Shown piece by piece: positions 21,505 to 32,157 of a stretch of DNA of 64,000 nucleotides. Numbering within the stretch: position 1 is the first letter of the stretch; each line of letters starts with the position of its first letter. Under the pieces are notes generated by a model. That model was not told the DNA's origin. It did not search any database and saw nothing but the letters and a program-made list of their open reading frames with translations. The DNA comes from Andalucia godoyi And28. Lineage: Eukaryota > Protista > Jakobida. The position numbers and the translations under genes were made by a program. Where the stretch lies: NCBI GenBank assembly GCA_009859145.1, contig VRVR01000041.1, forward strand, positions 207,107 to 271,106. Direction: 5' to 3'.

Positions 21505-22053
21505 TGAACGGCGGTGTGGCACATTGCGCCAATGACGCATTTGCCTTTGCTCCTTCTTGTTCTCTGACTTTAAAAAGCGCATTCCGAAACGCAAATCGAT
21601 CACATCTTCGTGATTTGATCATCATCCGGTTCGATTACAAATATGAAAAACAACCAGAAAGAAGATAACAGAAAAAAAAAAAGAATTTAAAAGGTCGACT
21701 TGACTACGGTAGGAACATCGCGTCTCCATAAGATAGGGTTAGAAAATAAAATCAAAACTCCCGACATGATGTTGTTTGATGTCCATACGCAAAACGGAAA
21801 ACCGTCGTTTTGCTTTCAACGAATTCCTTCTGTTTGCGCAAATAGAAGACGCTCATTATTGGGTGATTTTACTTGTCCTGTTTTTTTCTCTCTCTTTTCT
21901 TTCTTTCATTTCAAAATATCTGATTTCAGTTTCGATATTTCTTTCTTATTCCCTCTTTTTTAAGTTTTGTGTGGGATTTTTTTACGTGCAGGTTTTTAAA
22001 AAATTGTTTTTTGAATCGCCAGGAGTTGGGTTGGACAGTGACAGATTAGGCAC

Positions 22054-24051
22054 ATGTCGGACGATTCGAATAGTGAGTTCCGCAATGTCGACGATACGCA
22101 AGCTTCGGAAGAGTCATTTGCGGACGATCCTAATAGCGATGCAGTTGGAGATGCAGGTGGAGATGGATCGCCGATTGAGTACGATGATCAACTGCAGTCC
22201 GAATTCGCACAATTTCAAGACGAACCAGGCCAAGACGAACCAGGCCACGAACCAGGCCAAGAAGATCAAGATCAAGAGGAATCGGAGCAAGAACCAGAGG
22301 ATGAACCAGAGGGTGAGACAACGATTGTTTCCAGAGCAGAGTTTAAAGCATCTCTTTTGGATAATATTGGGAATGAGAGTGTGCAGGGTCCGGGAGAAAA
22401 CGAGCTTTCAGAGATCCACGCAGCCGACAGCCGGATGTACGACGATGATCAGAGTCAGTCGCGTCTGGTAGACGAGTCCGCACAGCCAATTCCGTCATCA
22501 GCATTGCACGAGCCACAAGAAGAAAGCGACGATGCGCCGACGGATGCCGCCATTTCTCCAATGAGTCAGTCGCACAATGCAGACTCGCTGCAGGTGTCCC
22601 CGGAAGTTCGTCCGAGTGATGGACAAGGATACAACAACGAGGATTCGTATGCCGGATGGGATGCAGACATTCCGTTTGATCAACCGTCGCAGGGATATGA
22701 CGGTATGTATATCAGTCATGCATATGGCGAGGCAGGGACATCCACAGAACCCCCCAAGTATGCGGGGGCGCCACCGGTGACTCCACGACCGGATCCGCAT
22801 CTGCCGAAGCAGCCTGCCGTCCGGGAGCTGATGGTTACGCTGATGAATTCTTCTCAACCGATTCGAATCGTCATCGTCGACGAATCGGTCTGCAAGAAGA
22901 AGCAGTTTTTAGGTGGATATCGCAATAGAGGAACGATGCTTGAATACCACCATGCGGTCACACAGACTCCGCGGCCACCGAATCCTCGACTGCTGAATGC
23001 ACCGGAAAAGCTTAGCCGAGAATCGCAGACAAAGACCTATGTGACACGATCGCAACAAACAAACAGAGAACAAGGCGTACAGACGGGCGAGAAGTACAAT
23101 GATGCTGCTGGCCCAGAAAGAGTCGTGTCTCCGAAACGGTACTTTTCTGCAGAGGAGTTCTTGGACCTTCGTTTTGAAAAGGCAATTGTCATCCAGTCTC
23201 ACGTCCGTGCTTGGTTTGCGCGGCGGCTTGTCACGCAGATGCGGGAGGATCTTTTGCAAGACATGCTGGACCGTGAACAGCAAAATGTACAGCATATGGT
23301 GGAGGAAGATGAAAAGAGGAAACGGGAGATTGAGCGCAGAATGCACCCGCACACCACCGAAGACTTCCGGACTCTCTACGAAGAGCTTGAGCTGTGGCGC
23401 ATGTCAGAGACAGAAAAAATCAAGTATGCCGAGAATTTGTCCCCCGAGGAACGAAAGCTTGCGCTTACAGAACTGCTAAAGAAAGAGACAAAGCTTTTGC
23501 AGACGATTGATCGGCTGAAGATTGTCGCGACTCGGGAGAACAGAACCAGGCGCATCGATGCAAAGATGGAAAAGATGGCTGCTGAAAAGGTGCTGAATGC
23601 GAAAACGGGAGACAAGGTCCACATTGAGACTCCATTTTCTGTTCGTGCACGCGAACTTGCGGATCTGTACAAGGGACTTTGTTTGAACGGCATTTCTGTG
23701 GACGAGCGTCTGGAGATTCTTCTGCACGTCAAGTGGACCGTGAAGGAGTTTGACTGTCAACTCACCCGAGAAATTGTCGAGCTCATTGATCGCGAAGCTG
23801 ATCTGCTGAACCGTGGCCGTTCGTCCAGGGCATTGGACGGTCTGCGAAGGCGCGTCTCCAACTTGTTCCTGCAGTTCACGGAGACTCCGGAGTTCAATCC
23901 AGAGTCTCTTCGCTATTCGAAGCTGCCCGTTGAGTATCTCTCCCGACCGCAAGTTCAGCCCATCAAGAAGAAACAGTACGGCGCCTTGTCGGAAAAGATG
24001 GGTAATAACAGCACCAACGCGTCCCGTGTGGCTACTGCCGTGAAGCAATAA
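22054..24051 (+). CDS. IQUB: IQ and ubiquitin-like domain protein (IQUB/FAP253-like, ciliary radial spoke)
   Basis: KQFLGGYRNR...EYHHAVTQT, IQ motif IVIQSHVRAWFARR, RMHP...DF..LY.ELE.W, ERLEILLHVKWTVKEFDC, LIDREADLLNRG, FNPE. Confidence 0.85.
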   Translation: MSDDSNSEFRNVDDTQASEESFADDPNSDAVGDAGGDGSPIEYDDQLQSEFAQFQDEPGQDEPGHEPGQEDQDQEESEQEPEDEPEGETTIVSRAEFKASLLDNIGNESVQGPGENELSEIHAADSRMYDDDQSQSRLVDESAQPIPSSALHEPQEESDDAPTDAAISPMSQSHNADSLQVSPEVRPSDGQGYNNEDSYAGWDADIPFDQPSQGYDGMYISHAYGEAGTSTEPPKYAGAPPVTPRPDPHLPKQPAVRELMVTLMNSSQPIRIVIVDESVCKKKQFLGGYRNRGTMLEYHHAVTQTPRPPNPRLLNAPEKLSRESQTKTYVTRSQQTNREQGVQTGEKYNDAAGPERVVSPKRYFSAEEFLDLRFEKAIVIQSHVRAWFARRLVTQMREDLLQDMLDREQQNVQHMVEEDEKRKREIERRMHPHTTEDFRTLYEELELWRMSETEKIKYAENLSPEERKLALTELLKKETKLLQTIDRLKIVATRENRTRRIDAKMEKMAAEKVLNAKTGDKVHIETPFSVRARELADLYKGLCLNGISVDERLEILLHVKWTVKEFDCQLTREIVELIDREADLLNRGRSSRALDGLRRRVSNLFLQFTETPEFNPESLRYSKLPVEYLSRPQVQPIKKKQYGALSEKMGNNSTNASRVATAVKQ

Positions 24052-24257
24052 ACAGCACCATCGATTCTCCCGAGTTTCTCCTCACGTATCGCATTGCACA
24101 AATAGCACATTCAATCATCTTTTAATTCTACGTATACTGTTCCTTTTCTCTTTTGTGTTATCTCTCCTCCGTCATTCTGCCTGTCGTGGATTTCGGCCCC
24201 TGGAAAACAAATTCGTCCCTCCCTTTTTCTGTGTACAGAACCATTCCTGCTCGGTGG

Positions 24258-24758
24258 TCATCGCTTTGCAACCGCAACTTTGACGGTGACTTGCTTTCCC
24301 TGGAACTCCACACCTACATCATGTGTTCCAACATTCTTGATTGGCTGTTCGAGATTGACTTTCAACGGAGCCCTTGTGAGTTTCGACAGCCCAAGGCTGA
24401 CCTTGTCTTCAATAGCCTGTGCGATGTCCTGTGCAGTGACAGACCCGTACAATGTTTGTCCATCATTGGAATGTCTCTTGAAGCTGAGTTGCAGCTTTCC
24501 AATCTTTGACGATGCCTCTTCGGCCGCCCGTCGTCCAGCCTGGAATATGGCTTCTTCGGATGCTCGCTCTGACGCAATTTTTGCAAGATTCGATGCGGAG
24601 GCATAGACCGCGAGTTTCTGTGGGCACAGATAGTTGCGCGCGAACCCTGCGCGAACCTTGACAAGATCCCCACGAAGCCCCAGCTTTGGTACGTCATTCT
24701 GCAGCACAATTGTCACTGTCTTCGAAACATTGGAAATTCGTCGAATCACTGAAGCCAT
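24258..24758 (-). CDS. Mitochondrial ribosomal protein bL9m
   Basis: LG.RGDLVKVRAGFARNYL.PQKLA, LYGSVT..DI, PIKNVGTHDV. Short basic N-terminal extension. Confidence 0.9.
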   Translation of the reverse strand: MASVIRRISNVSKTVTIVLQNDVPKLGLRGDLVKVRAGFARNYLCPQKLAVYASASNLAKIASERASEEAIFQAGRRAAEEASSKIGKLQLSFKRHSNDGQTLYGSVTAQDIAQAIEDKVSLGLSKLTRAPLKVNLEQPIKNVGTHDVGVEFQGKQVTVKVAVAKR

Positions 24759-25258
24759 TCTGAAAACTCTGGGAGGAGAAAATCAACTTGAAAATGTGAG
24801 AAAAGTGCGGAGTGTTATCCTTGTGACGGTGTGCGTGGGTGGATATGGAAAGGGACAAGCAGAACCAAACCGAACTGCCAAACAAGATCGGAAAACAAAC
24901 GAAAAGCACACACGCTCAAAACCACATAAAAGATCTGCGAAGGAGAATGAGAGAGGAAAACGAGAACTGCGAGAGACACTACGACAGGCAGCGGTTCCCC
25001 TTTTTCCTCTCCCCCCCTTTTTTTTGTCCTTTTTTGTGTTTTGCTCAGCATGGGCGTTAGGGTTACCCGTATGACAATAAAGATTGGAATCAGTATGCAT
25101 CTTCCAAAAACAACACACATGTTCTCTCTGTCACTTTTTCTCACTTTGACGCTCGGGTCTACATACACACGTACATACATACATACGTACGTACACGGAC
25201 ATACTTGCAAACATTAACAGATCGACGTGTAAGAAGGAAAAGAAACACTACATTAGAG

Positions 25259-25579
25259 ATGCGATTTTTGGTAGGCCGTGTTGTGTCGAGTGCGATGAAC
25301 AAGACTGTGTCGGTGTGTGTGGAGCGATCTTTCCGACATCCAATTCTACCCAAAGTTATCCGATCGCAGAAGAAGTACATGGCACATGATGAGACCGAGG
25401 CGATCCAAGTGGGCGATCTTGTTCGCATCAAGGAATGCAGACCGTTGTCGAAACACAAGCATTTTGTTGTGGATGGTGTCGTCGAGTCACGATCCACAGA
25501 GACCACTGCTCTTTCTCCCGAACAATTTCTCCCGTCGTCCATGCGCTCTTCTCCCGCGCTCGCTTCGAAATCCAATTAG
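25259..25579 (+). CDS. Mitochondrial (bacterial-type) ribosomal protein uS17m; possible upstream exon 25050..25092
   Basis: LVGRVVS..M.KTV.V.VER...HP...K.IRS.KKYMAHDE....VGD.V.I.ECRPLSK.KHF. Confidence 0.88.
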   Translation: MRFLVGRVVSSAMNKTVSVCVERSFRHPILPKVIRSQKKYMAHDETEAIQVGDLVRIKECRPLSKHKHFVVDGVVESRSTETTALSPEQFLPSSMRSSPALASKSN

Positions 25580-26628
25580 CAATTGCTGCTGGTGATGATG
25601 TAGAGAGATCGTGAATGAAAGCAACTGTAATGATTAATGCGCTTGATAGCATGGAGAGAAAAAATAAAATAAAGAAAAGTACAATAATATTCAAACACAG
25701 TCAGTTTGGCATCATTATTTTTTGGGCATGCATTTTTTAATATTATATTACAGTGCATCATGACGTGCATGGCAAATTCGACCTTTTCATTCCTTTCTTT
25801 TTTTGAAAATCAAAACGATGAGTAAACCCATTGAATCAAATATAAAAAGCCATCGACATCTTCTTGTGAGGAATGCTCTCATCTTGTCAGCTTTGCAGGC
25901 AATTTCGTATTTCCTGGTTTTTTGTTTTTTCAAGTCAGAAACACGGGAAAGTACCTATCCACATAATCTTTTCGGACTGGGGCGGCACACTTCTCTCATC
26001 ACAGAAAAACAAACACCAATGCAACACTAAAAAAGACCTGCAAAAAAGCCGAAAATAAAACAAAAACAAAAACAAAAAAGAAAAAGAAAAAGAAAAAGAA
26101 AAAGAAAAAGAAAAAGAAAAAGAAGAGGAAAGAGCTTCAACCAGCAGAGGCATTGCTTCACAAGAGATCAACACTTGAGATGAGAAAAAATTATGCATAC
26201 ATTTCTAGCACGATTCTTTGAGAGGGAAGAAGAAGGAAAGGGAGAAGGAAGGGTGGAGAAAAGAAAGGTAGAGCTTTAAAAAGTAAAGAGAAAAAAAAGA
26301 AAAAGAAGAAAGAAGGGAACACGAAAGAACGAGCGAGAGAGAGAGCGAGCGAGCGAGCGAAAAGTTTTCTTGCAGGTCTATTTCTTGTCCGCGCAGCGTA
26401 ACCCTCAATTGGCACCGTCCCCAAACGACAAGTCGAGTGTTTTTCTTGCATCACTTGAGACTATACAGAGTTTTGCTGCGACGGACGACAGATGACGACC
26501 TAAGTGAACCTGATAGCGTGATTGCCGATGGTCCTGAATCCTCGATGGAACTATTGTTTATTGGCGCATACACACAGACACACACCCACACACACACACG
26601 GCAGATCGGAGGTCTTGAAGAAAGAAGA

Positions 26629-29600
26629 ATGGGTAACACGCTCGCAGTGGCTCCAGCGTCCGACTTCACACTGTTCGATCTTCCGGATCTTGCATCGAAG
26701 CGGTCGCTTGGAAGTTCGCGACTTTTCAAATCGCAGCTTTGCTTCTCCGAGCGTGACTTGCAGTGGTACGTATGCAAATCAGTTTCAAAGTCACTATTTG
26801 TTCCAGAGACCGATCTTGCTAAAATCAGAAAGGAACTCGAGACACAAAAGTGCTATGCCAGAATCGAAGAGAATGCGAAGGCCGTTCGGCTTATTCGGCC
26901 ACATGGATTCACAACTCTGGCAAATCGAGTTTCGGAAAGACCGTTCTTGACGCTCAACATGAAGCTCTGGATTGCATTTCAAATATTGAACTGCTTGAAG
27001 AGGAACGCCGAGAGAAGTCCACAGTTGCTGCATGGGGATATCAAGACGCAGAACATCGTGTTGTCCACGTTTTCGCTGGTCAGCATCGTCGACTACGCCC
27101 CTTTCAAGCCGGTTCTTGTTCCAAAAGACGATCCAACCGTCTTTTCGTACTTTTTCGACACTACCAAACAGCGAATCTGTAATATTGCTCCGGAGCGATT
27201 CACTGTCTCTTCCCAGATTCAACCACAAGGCGCTGGCAACACTCTTGTGAACGTGAGTTTTGTGTCTGACGTGTCGCTTTCTCCCGCCATGGATGTGTTT
27301 TCGGCAGGATGTGTCCTCTATTTTTTGTTTACGGACGGAATCAACCTGTTTAATTACTCTTCTCTGCTGAATTACGAGTCCACATCGTCGGATGCTGTTG
27401 CAAATGGCATGCTCGATGAGCTGCTTTCTCGCATGTATCAGGAATCCGACAAGAAGAATTCCAAAGAAGATGCAGATCCAGTAGATCCAAAGGAAATACA
27501 AGACAGAAAGAATGCAAAGTTGCTCGTGAAGAAGATGCTTGCAGCGAGCCCGTTTGACAGACCGTCAGCCGCTGATTTACTGCTGGACCATTTCCCGCGC
27601 TCTTTCTCGCAGTTTTACGACTTCTGCGACTGGAGCACACCTGATTCGCGCTGCGATACCTGTCTCCAATACGTGAATGAAAGCAAGGAATTGCACCCAG
27701 CGCTGTACGATGTCATCTGCAGCATCTTGTGTACCGGTCTCGCGCATCTGTCGACCACCGAGCGTCAGATCTTTTCTTTGGATGCCATAGCAAAGTTGTC
27801 GCGCTTCAATGACGAATGTTCGATTCCATATCTTTTGGATTTTGCGTCGAAGAAGGCACCACCGCCCGTGGCGGCGAATGCGATTCGCGTTCTTGCTCGT
27901 CTCGGCTGCCAAACATTCCGGGAGATTTCCAACATTTTCTTTGCTGCGGAGACCCACAGCCTTGTCCGTGCTGCAATTGCAACGCACATCGGAGATTTTG
28001 CAATGGCTGCAAAAGTTCAGTTGGAGCAAAGGCTGGTGTCAAAAATCAAGGAGGTGTACGGCGCTCCCGAGAAGGACAATCCGCTCAATGACATCATCAT
28101 CAATCCCGCGCTAACAGAGGCGGAAGAAGAGCAGCTTTCCGAAGATGTCAGTGCCGTGCTGATGGAGTGCCAGCAGGATCCAGATGAGTCCGTTCGGTGT
28201 GCCATGCTGTCCAATCCATTGTCTATTTGCGCGTTTTTCGGCCACCGGAAAACAACCAGCTTTGTTCTCCCCTTGTTCATCTCTGTGTTGAATGGTGGAG
28301 TGCAGTCCAGACCGCGTCTCGTCTTTCTTGACCACTGCGTTCCGCAATGCGCTGCTTTTCTTGGTCCGATGTGCACTGAGGAGTTTCTGCTGCCGCTTTT
28401 GATGCAAATCTCACGATCGGACGTTCGAGCGCGAGTGTCGGTGGATGTTCTCGTGGACATGGGCCTAGTCGAAGCCAGATCGGTGCTGAGATCCACCCAT
28501 ACGCTTGGAATGTCTTCGTCGCACCCATCCACTCCGAAGAACAATGACGGTCTTGTGGTTCGCGGCTCGCCTTTCTCTTCTGCCCAGGACTTGGCGCTGA
28601 GAAATTCGTCATCGATTCGCTCGGTGGATGATGCAGATGTTGTCGTTGTCGGGGCTGTTGCTGACAAGGAAGACGATGCTGGATTTGAAAAGGTTAGCCT
28701 ACCGAAGAAGTCCTATGATCTGCTGTCCGTCGGATCCACCCGAGATCACCGTGAGCCGATCGTTGCCATGGATGCCGTGAAGGACTTTGTAATATCTGTT
28801 TCCGAGAGCCAAGTTCGTTTGCTTTCGCTGTCCAGACTGTCCAATGAAATCGGGATATCCACGGATCTGCTTTGTGTTCTCGAGACATCTTCATTGAAGC
28901 GCCGCACGAATAGCGCGGAGCCCGTTCGGAATGTGTCTCCCGGCGCTGCTGCCACGAACACTGCAGCAGCAGCACCGTCTGCAGCACCGTCACCACCACA
29001 GCCACAACCACCACCAAATTCCAAGAAGCGTTCTTCGCAGCGGTTCACAGACGCCTGTTTTCTGCATCGGGATCCGAAATACAGGATTGCGCTGTCAACA
29101 GGACAAGTGATTGATATCCGGGGCCAGTCAGATATGAGCTTCCTTCCATGTGTCCGCGTGGCAAGTGCTGCGGAAAACACGCTTGTGTGTGTGCACGCCT
29201 TTCCTCACATGATATCGCTGTTCGATTTACGCCGTGATTGTTCGAAGCCTGCTCTAGCGGCCTCGTTCCCGTTCATGTTTGGGTACCCGTCTGCACTGAC
29301 TGTTCACTCATCAGCGAGCTACTGCGCAGTTGGAACGACTCTTGGAATGGTGGAGGTGTTTGATTTGCGATTTGCATTGTTTCCGGTGGGATCGGGGCAT
29401 TTCGACGGCGTTATTCATGCTATTCAGCTTCCCGACGACGTCACCATGACCACAGCTGTGATTGCTGCTGGATATGCCGGCGAGCAGACTCTAGATTTCT
29501 CCACGCTTACGTATGCCACTTCCAGTTCCCTGCAGAAACTGATCGATGTGGATGCACTGCGACCGTATCCCGTGGATCCTCCTGTGCATGTCCGCGAGAC

Positions 29601-29766
29601 GGAATGCAGGGCACTCGGAGGCGCCGTTCGGGGGTTTGGCGACGGCTGCGTAGCTCTTGGAGAGCGACGAGTTCGGGGTCACATCGATGCAGTCAATGTG
29701 CTGTGCGAAACCGAGACGTGTCTGGTGAGTGGCGGCCGAGACGGATTGATCCGTCTGTGGAAGTAG
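26629..29766 (+). CDS. VPS15: Vps15/PIK3R4-like kinase (kinase + HEAT + WD40)
   Basis: Myristoylation-type start MGNTL, RPFL..K.WIAFQIL, HGDIKTQN, DYAPFKP..P.DDP..FSYFFDT...R.CNIAPERF, MDVFSAGC, HEAT region, C-terminal WD (VSGGRDGLIRLWK). Confidence 0.9.
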   Translation: MGNTLAVAPASDFTLFDLPDLASKRSLGSSRLFKSQLCFSERDLQWYVCKSVSKSLFVPETDLAKIRKELETQKCYARIEENAKAVRLIRPHGFTTLANRVSERPFLTLNMKLWIAFQILNCLKRNAERSPQLLHGDIKTQNIVLSTFSLVSIVDYAPFKPVLVPKDDPTVFSYFFDTTKQRICNIAPERFTVSSQIQPQGAGNTLVNVSFVSDVSLSPAMDVFSAGCVLYFLFTDGINLFNYSSLLNYESTSSDAVANGMLDELLSRMYQESDKKNSKEDADPVDPKEIQDRKNAKLLVKKMLAASPFDRPSAADLLLDHFPRSFSQFYDFCDWSTPDSRCDTCLQYVNESKELHPALYDVICSILCTGLAHLSTTERQIFSLDAIAKLSRFNDECSIPYLLDFASKKAPPPVAANAIRVLARLGCQTFREISNIFFAAETHSLVRAAIATHIGDFAMAAKVQLEQRLVSKIKEVYGAPEKDNPLNDIIINPALTEAEEEQLSEDVSAVLMECQQDPDESVRCAMLSNPLSICAFFGHRKTTSFVLPLFISVLNGGVQSRPRLVFLDHCVPQCAAFLGPMCTEEFLLPLLMQISRSDVRARVSVDVLVDMGLVEARSVLRSTHTLGMSSSHPSTPKNNDGLVVRGSPFSSAQDLALRNSSSIRSVDDADVVVVGAVADKEDDAGFEKVSLPKKSYDLLSVGSTRDHREPIVAMDAVKDFVISVSESQVRLLSLSRLSNEIGISTDLLCVLETSSLKRRTNSAEPVRNVSPGAAATNTAAAAPSAAPSPPQPQPPPNSKKRSSQRFTDACFLHRDPKYRIALSTGQVIDIRGQSDMSFLPCVRVASAAENTLVCVHAFPHMISLFDLRRDCSKPALAASFPFMFGYPSALTVHSSASYCAVGTTLGMVEVFDLRFALFPVGSGHFDGVIHAIQLPDDVTMTTAVIAAGYAGEQTLDFSTLTYATSSSLQKLIDVDALRPYPVDPPVHVRETECRALGGAVRGFGDGCVALGERRVRGHIDAVNVLCETETCLVSGGRDGLIRLWK

Positions 29767-30090
29767 CGCGATCCCATGTGCCATTGCATCCTGGACGTCC
29801 TCCTTCAGACTATGTTTCCCAGCCTTTTCTCCTAATGTTTATTTTGCCTTTCATCAATTCCCCCCCACCTTTCCCCTCTTTTTTTAATGTAAAATCACCG
29901 TTATTCTCATTGTTATTTTTTGGCTCGCAGTGCCCCCAGCCCTGCACACTTGTATCGTTATCGATAAACGTACCAACTCGGTCACCAATGGTCCTCGTCG
30001 ACTGTAATTCGGTTCCTTTTCTCCAATCCCCCGTTCTTCTTTCGTTTGGTCGGCTGCAGCGCGTACACACGACGCAATGCCTTTTTTCGA

Positions 30091-30162
30091 GCGTGGTGTG
30101 CGTGGTGTGCGTGGTGTGCGTGGTGTGCGTGGTGTGCGTGGTGTGCGTGGTGTGCGTGGTGT
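30091..30162 (+). repeat. (GCGTGGTGT)8 minisatellite ending 7 bp before an ATG
   Basis: Eight perfect 9-bp units read directly. Confidence 0.9.
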
Positions 30163-30169
30163 GTGAGAC

Positions 30170-30634
30170 ATGTCTTCTCCTGAGGATATATCCGATTTTC
30201 TGAACCGCATCTCAGCGGATGGATGGAAACCTGTGGTTTTGTCTGTTCCGCCGAAATCCGCGTTTGAGAGAGTTGGTTCGTATTCAAAGCAGCAGCAAGG
30301 CTCTCCAACCCCGCGACATCAGCAGGAAGCTCAGCACGGCCTCGTCGTTGACAAGAGTCTCATTCAAAATGATATTGATTTTTATAAGAACAGCAATGGC
30401 AGCGGCAGTAGCGGTAGCAGTAGTAGTAGTAGTGTGATGGATTTGAGCATGGAAGATGAGAGTGCGTCGGCCAGCCTTCGGAATGGTCCGCTGCCTGAGT
30501 TTGTCAAGTTTCAAACGTCATTTATTCCCGACGACGATGGTCAGGTTGACAGCGGCGACGTGGATGACGACAGACCTGCGGCTGACCACTATGCGGCAGT
30601 CAGAAGAAGGATGGCTGGCCATGACACTTTGTAA
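30170..30634 (+). CDS. Hypothetical 154-aa Ser/Asp-rich protein
   Basis: ATG-started ORF of coding-like composition with AT-rich 3' flank; no family recognised. Confidence 0.6.
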   Translation: MSSPEDISDFLNRISADGWKPVVLSVPPKSAFERVGSYSKQQQGSPTPRHQQEAQHGLVVDKSLIQNDIDFYKNSNGSGSSGSSSSSSVMDLSMEDESASASLRNGPLPEFVKFQTSFIPDDDGQVDSGDVDDDRPAADHYAAVRRRMAGHDTL

Positions 30635-30642
30635 TAAAAAGG

Positions 30643-30677
<35 letters not shown>

Positions 30678-31259
30678 CACGCGCCATCCGCTTAAACGAA
30701 TCATCATGAAGACCACCGTCTTGCGCATCGTGCACAATGCGCGCGGAGACGTCTCGAATCGGGTCCCTGCTGCTTTTCGCAGACTGGTCCAGCTGCTGTA
30801 TTCGATGCTTCCAGTTTGGTGCTGTCACAGCCGCTTGAGCCTCAAACGAGAGCATCGCGATTCGGATTTTGAAAACTTCTGAAACTTCCGAAATAAACCA
30901 GCTTGCCTTTTGGTGCGTTTTTGCGCTGTGGAAGTTGTCTTGCACTCGCCTGGGTTTCAACGATGCATCCAGTTGTTGTTGCGTGCGAATACAAATCAAG
31001 AGAGTCAACTGGACTAACCCAGCAGCAGCACCACCACCACCACCATCACCACCAATATTTTAGAGTTTTTGAACTATTCCTTCATTCTGCTTTTGAGTAG
31101 AAAACAAAAGAAGAAGAAAAGAAAAGAAAAGAAAAGCAGATTCCTTGTTCGTTTCACACTCTCCTCGAGAAACTGCAGAACACAGCCTTTCCTTTTTCCA
31201 AATATACAGCAAACATCAGCATCAACGCCACCAGCAGCAGCTCCTTAGAACACCATCAC

Positions 31260-31712
31260 ATGAACAACATGCCTACAAACAGCGATCTTGTGTTTCGAGC
31301 TTTGAGTCCATCTGATCCTGCACACGTTGTCTTTCCTCTGCTTTCCCAGCTGACAGAGGCGCCGACGCCTTCACAAGAAAAGTTTGCGATGCAAATCGAG
31401 GAAATGAGACGCCGTGGAATTTATACTGCCGTAGGCGAGCAAAACGGCGAGATGCTGTGCATCGGCAGCATTGCATATGAACCAAAGCTGATTCGTGGCC
31501 TTCGTGAGTGTGGCCATATCGAAGATATCGTCGTTCATTCCAAGTGTCGCGGTCTCGGGTACGGAAACTTGCTGATTGAACACCTGGTCGCGCATGCACA
31601 GAACCGCGGCTCTGTCTACAAGGTCATCCTCGATTGTGCGAAGGAGAAGAAAGGCTTCTATGAGAAGTGTGGGTTCCAGGAAAAGGGCCTTCAGATGGCA
31701 AAGTACTTGTGA
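31260..31712 (+). CDS. GNA1: Glucosamine-6-phosphate N-acetyltransferase (GNAT)
   Basis: LLSQLT, EPKLIRG...GHIEDIVV....RG.GYG..LI..L, YKVILDC......FYEKCGF. Confidence 0.93.
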   Translation: MNNMPTNSDLVFRALSPSDPAHVVFPLLSQLTEAPTPSQEKFAMQIEEMRRRGIYTAVGEQNGEMLCIGSIAYEPKLIRGLRECGHIEDIVVHSKCRGLGYGNLLIEHLVAHAQNRGSVYKVILDCAKEKKGFYEKCGFQEKGLQMAKYL

Positions 31713-31805
31713 CTATCTCCCGTGGAACCTGACTGCGCCGCCACCGGCGTCAAGCACGGCGGTAACAGCCAGGCTCCCAATCCCCAGCGGCGATCGAAAT
31801 TATGA
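31710..31805 (+). other. Predicted stop-codon readthrough extension of GNA1 ending in PTS1 (-RRSKL)
   Basis: TGA CTA context; in-frame LSPVEPDCAATGVKHGGNSQAPNPQRRSKL then TGA at 31803-31805. Confidence 0.8.
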
Positions 31806-32157
31806 ATCGAGAGTCCCTAAGGGAATCATTTCCGAGCACTGCGCACATGAAACGTATCCAGGCTACATTTATCTTCACATCGCTTACGGAGCTTAGTATC
31901 TTATATTCTCTTGTCTTGTTGTATCGTGTCTTTCTCTTTTCTGTCTAATGTCCTCGTTTCCCAGAATAAATGCAAATCCCATGATTCTTGTCCTGATGTC
32001 GGAGCATCCGTCTCACTCGCCGCCGCAACCGGTCGCAACAGCGGCGGTGGAGAGGAAAAGAAAACTGAAAAACGCATACTACCTAATTAAAAAAATACTG
32101 TACACTACACTACTGGTTCCATGCTGTTTTCTCTGTACTATCCAAAGGAGATGTCGC

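Noticed and set aside
30091-30162. CRISPR-like array
   Set aside because: Perfect tandem 9-mers without spacers in a eukaryotic genome; no cas genes.
30589-31008. 139-aa minus-strand ORF as a gene
   Set aside because: Non-ATG start, runs into a (TG)n repeat, no recognisable motif; the patch remains unexplained but unsupported.
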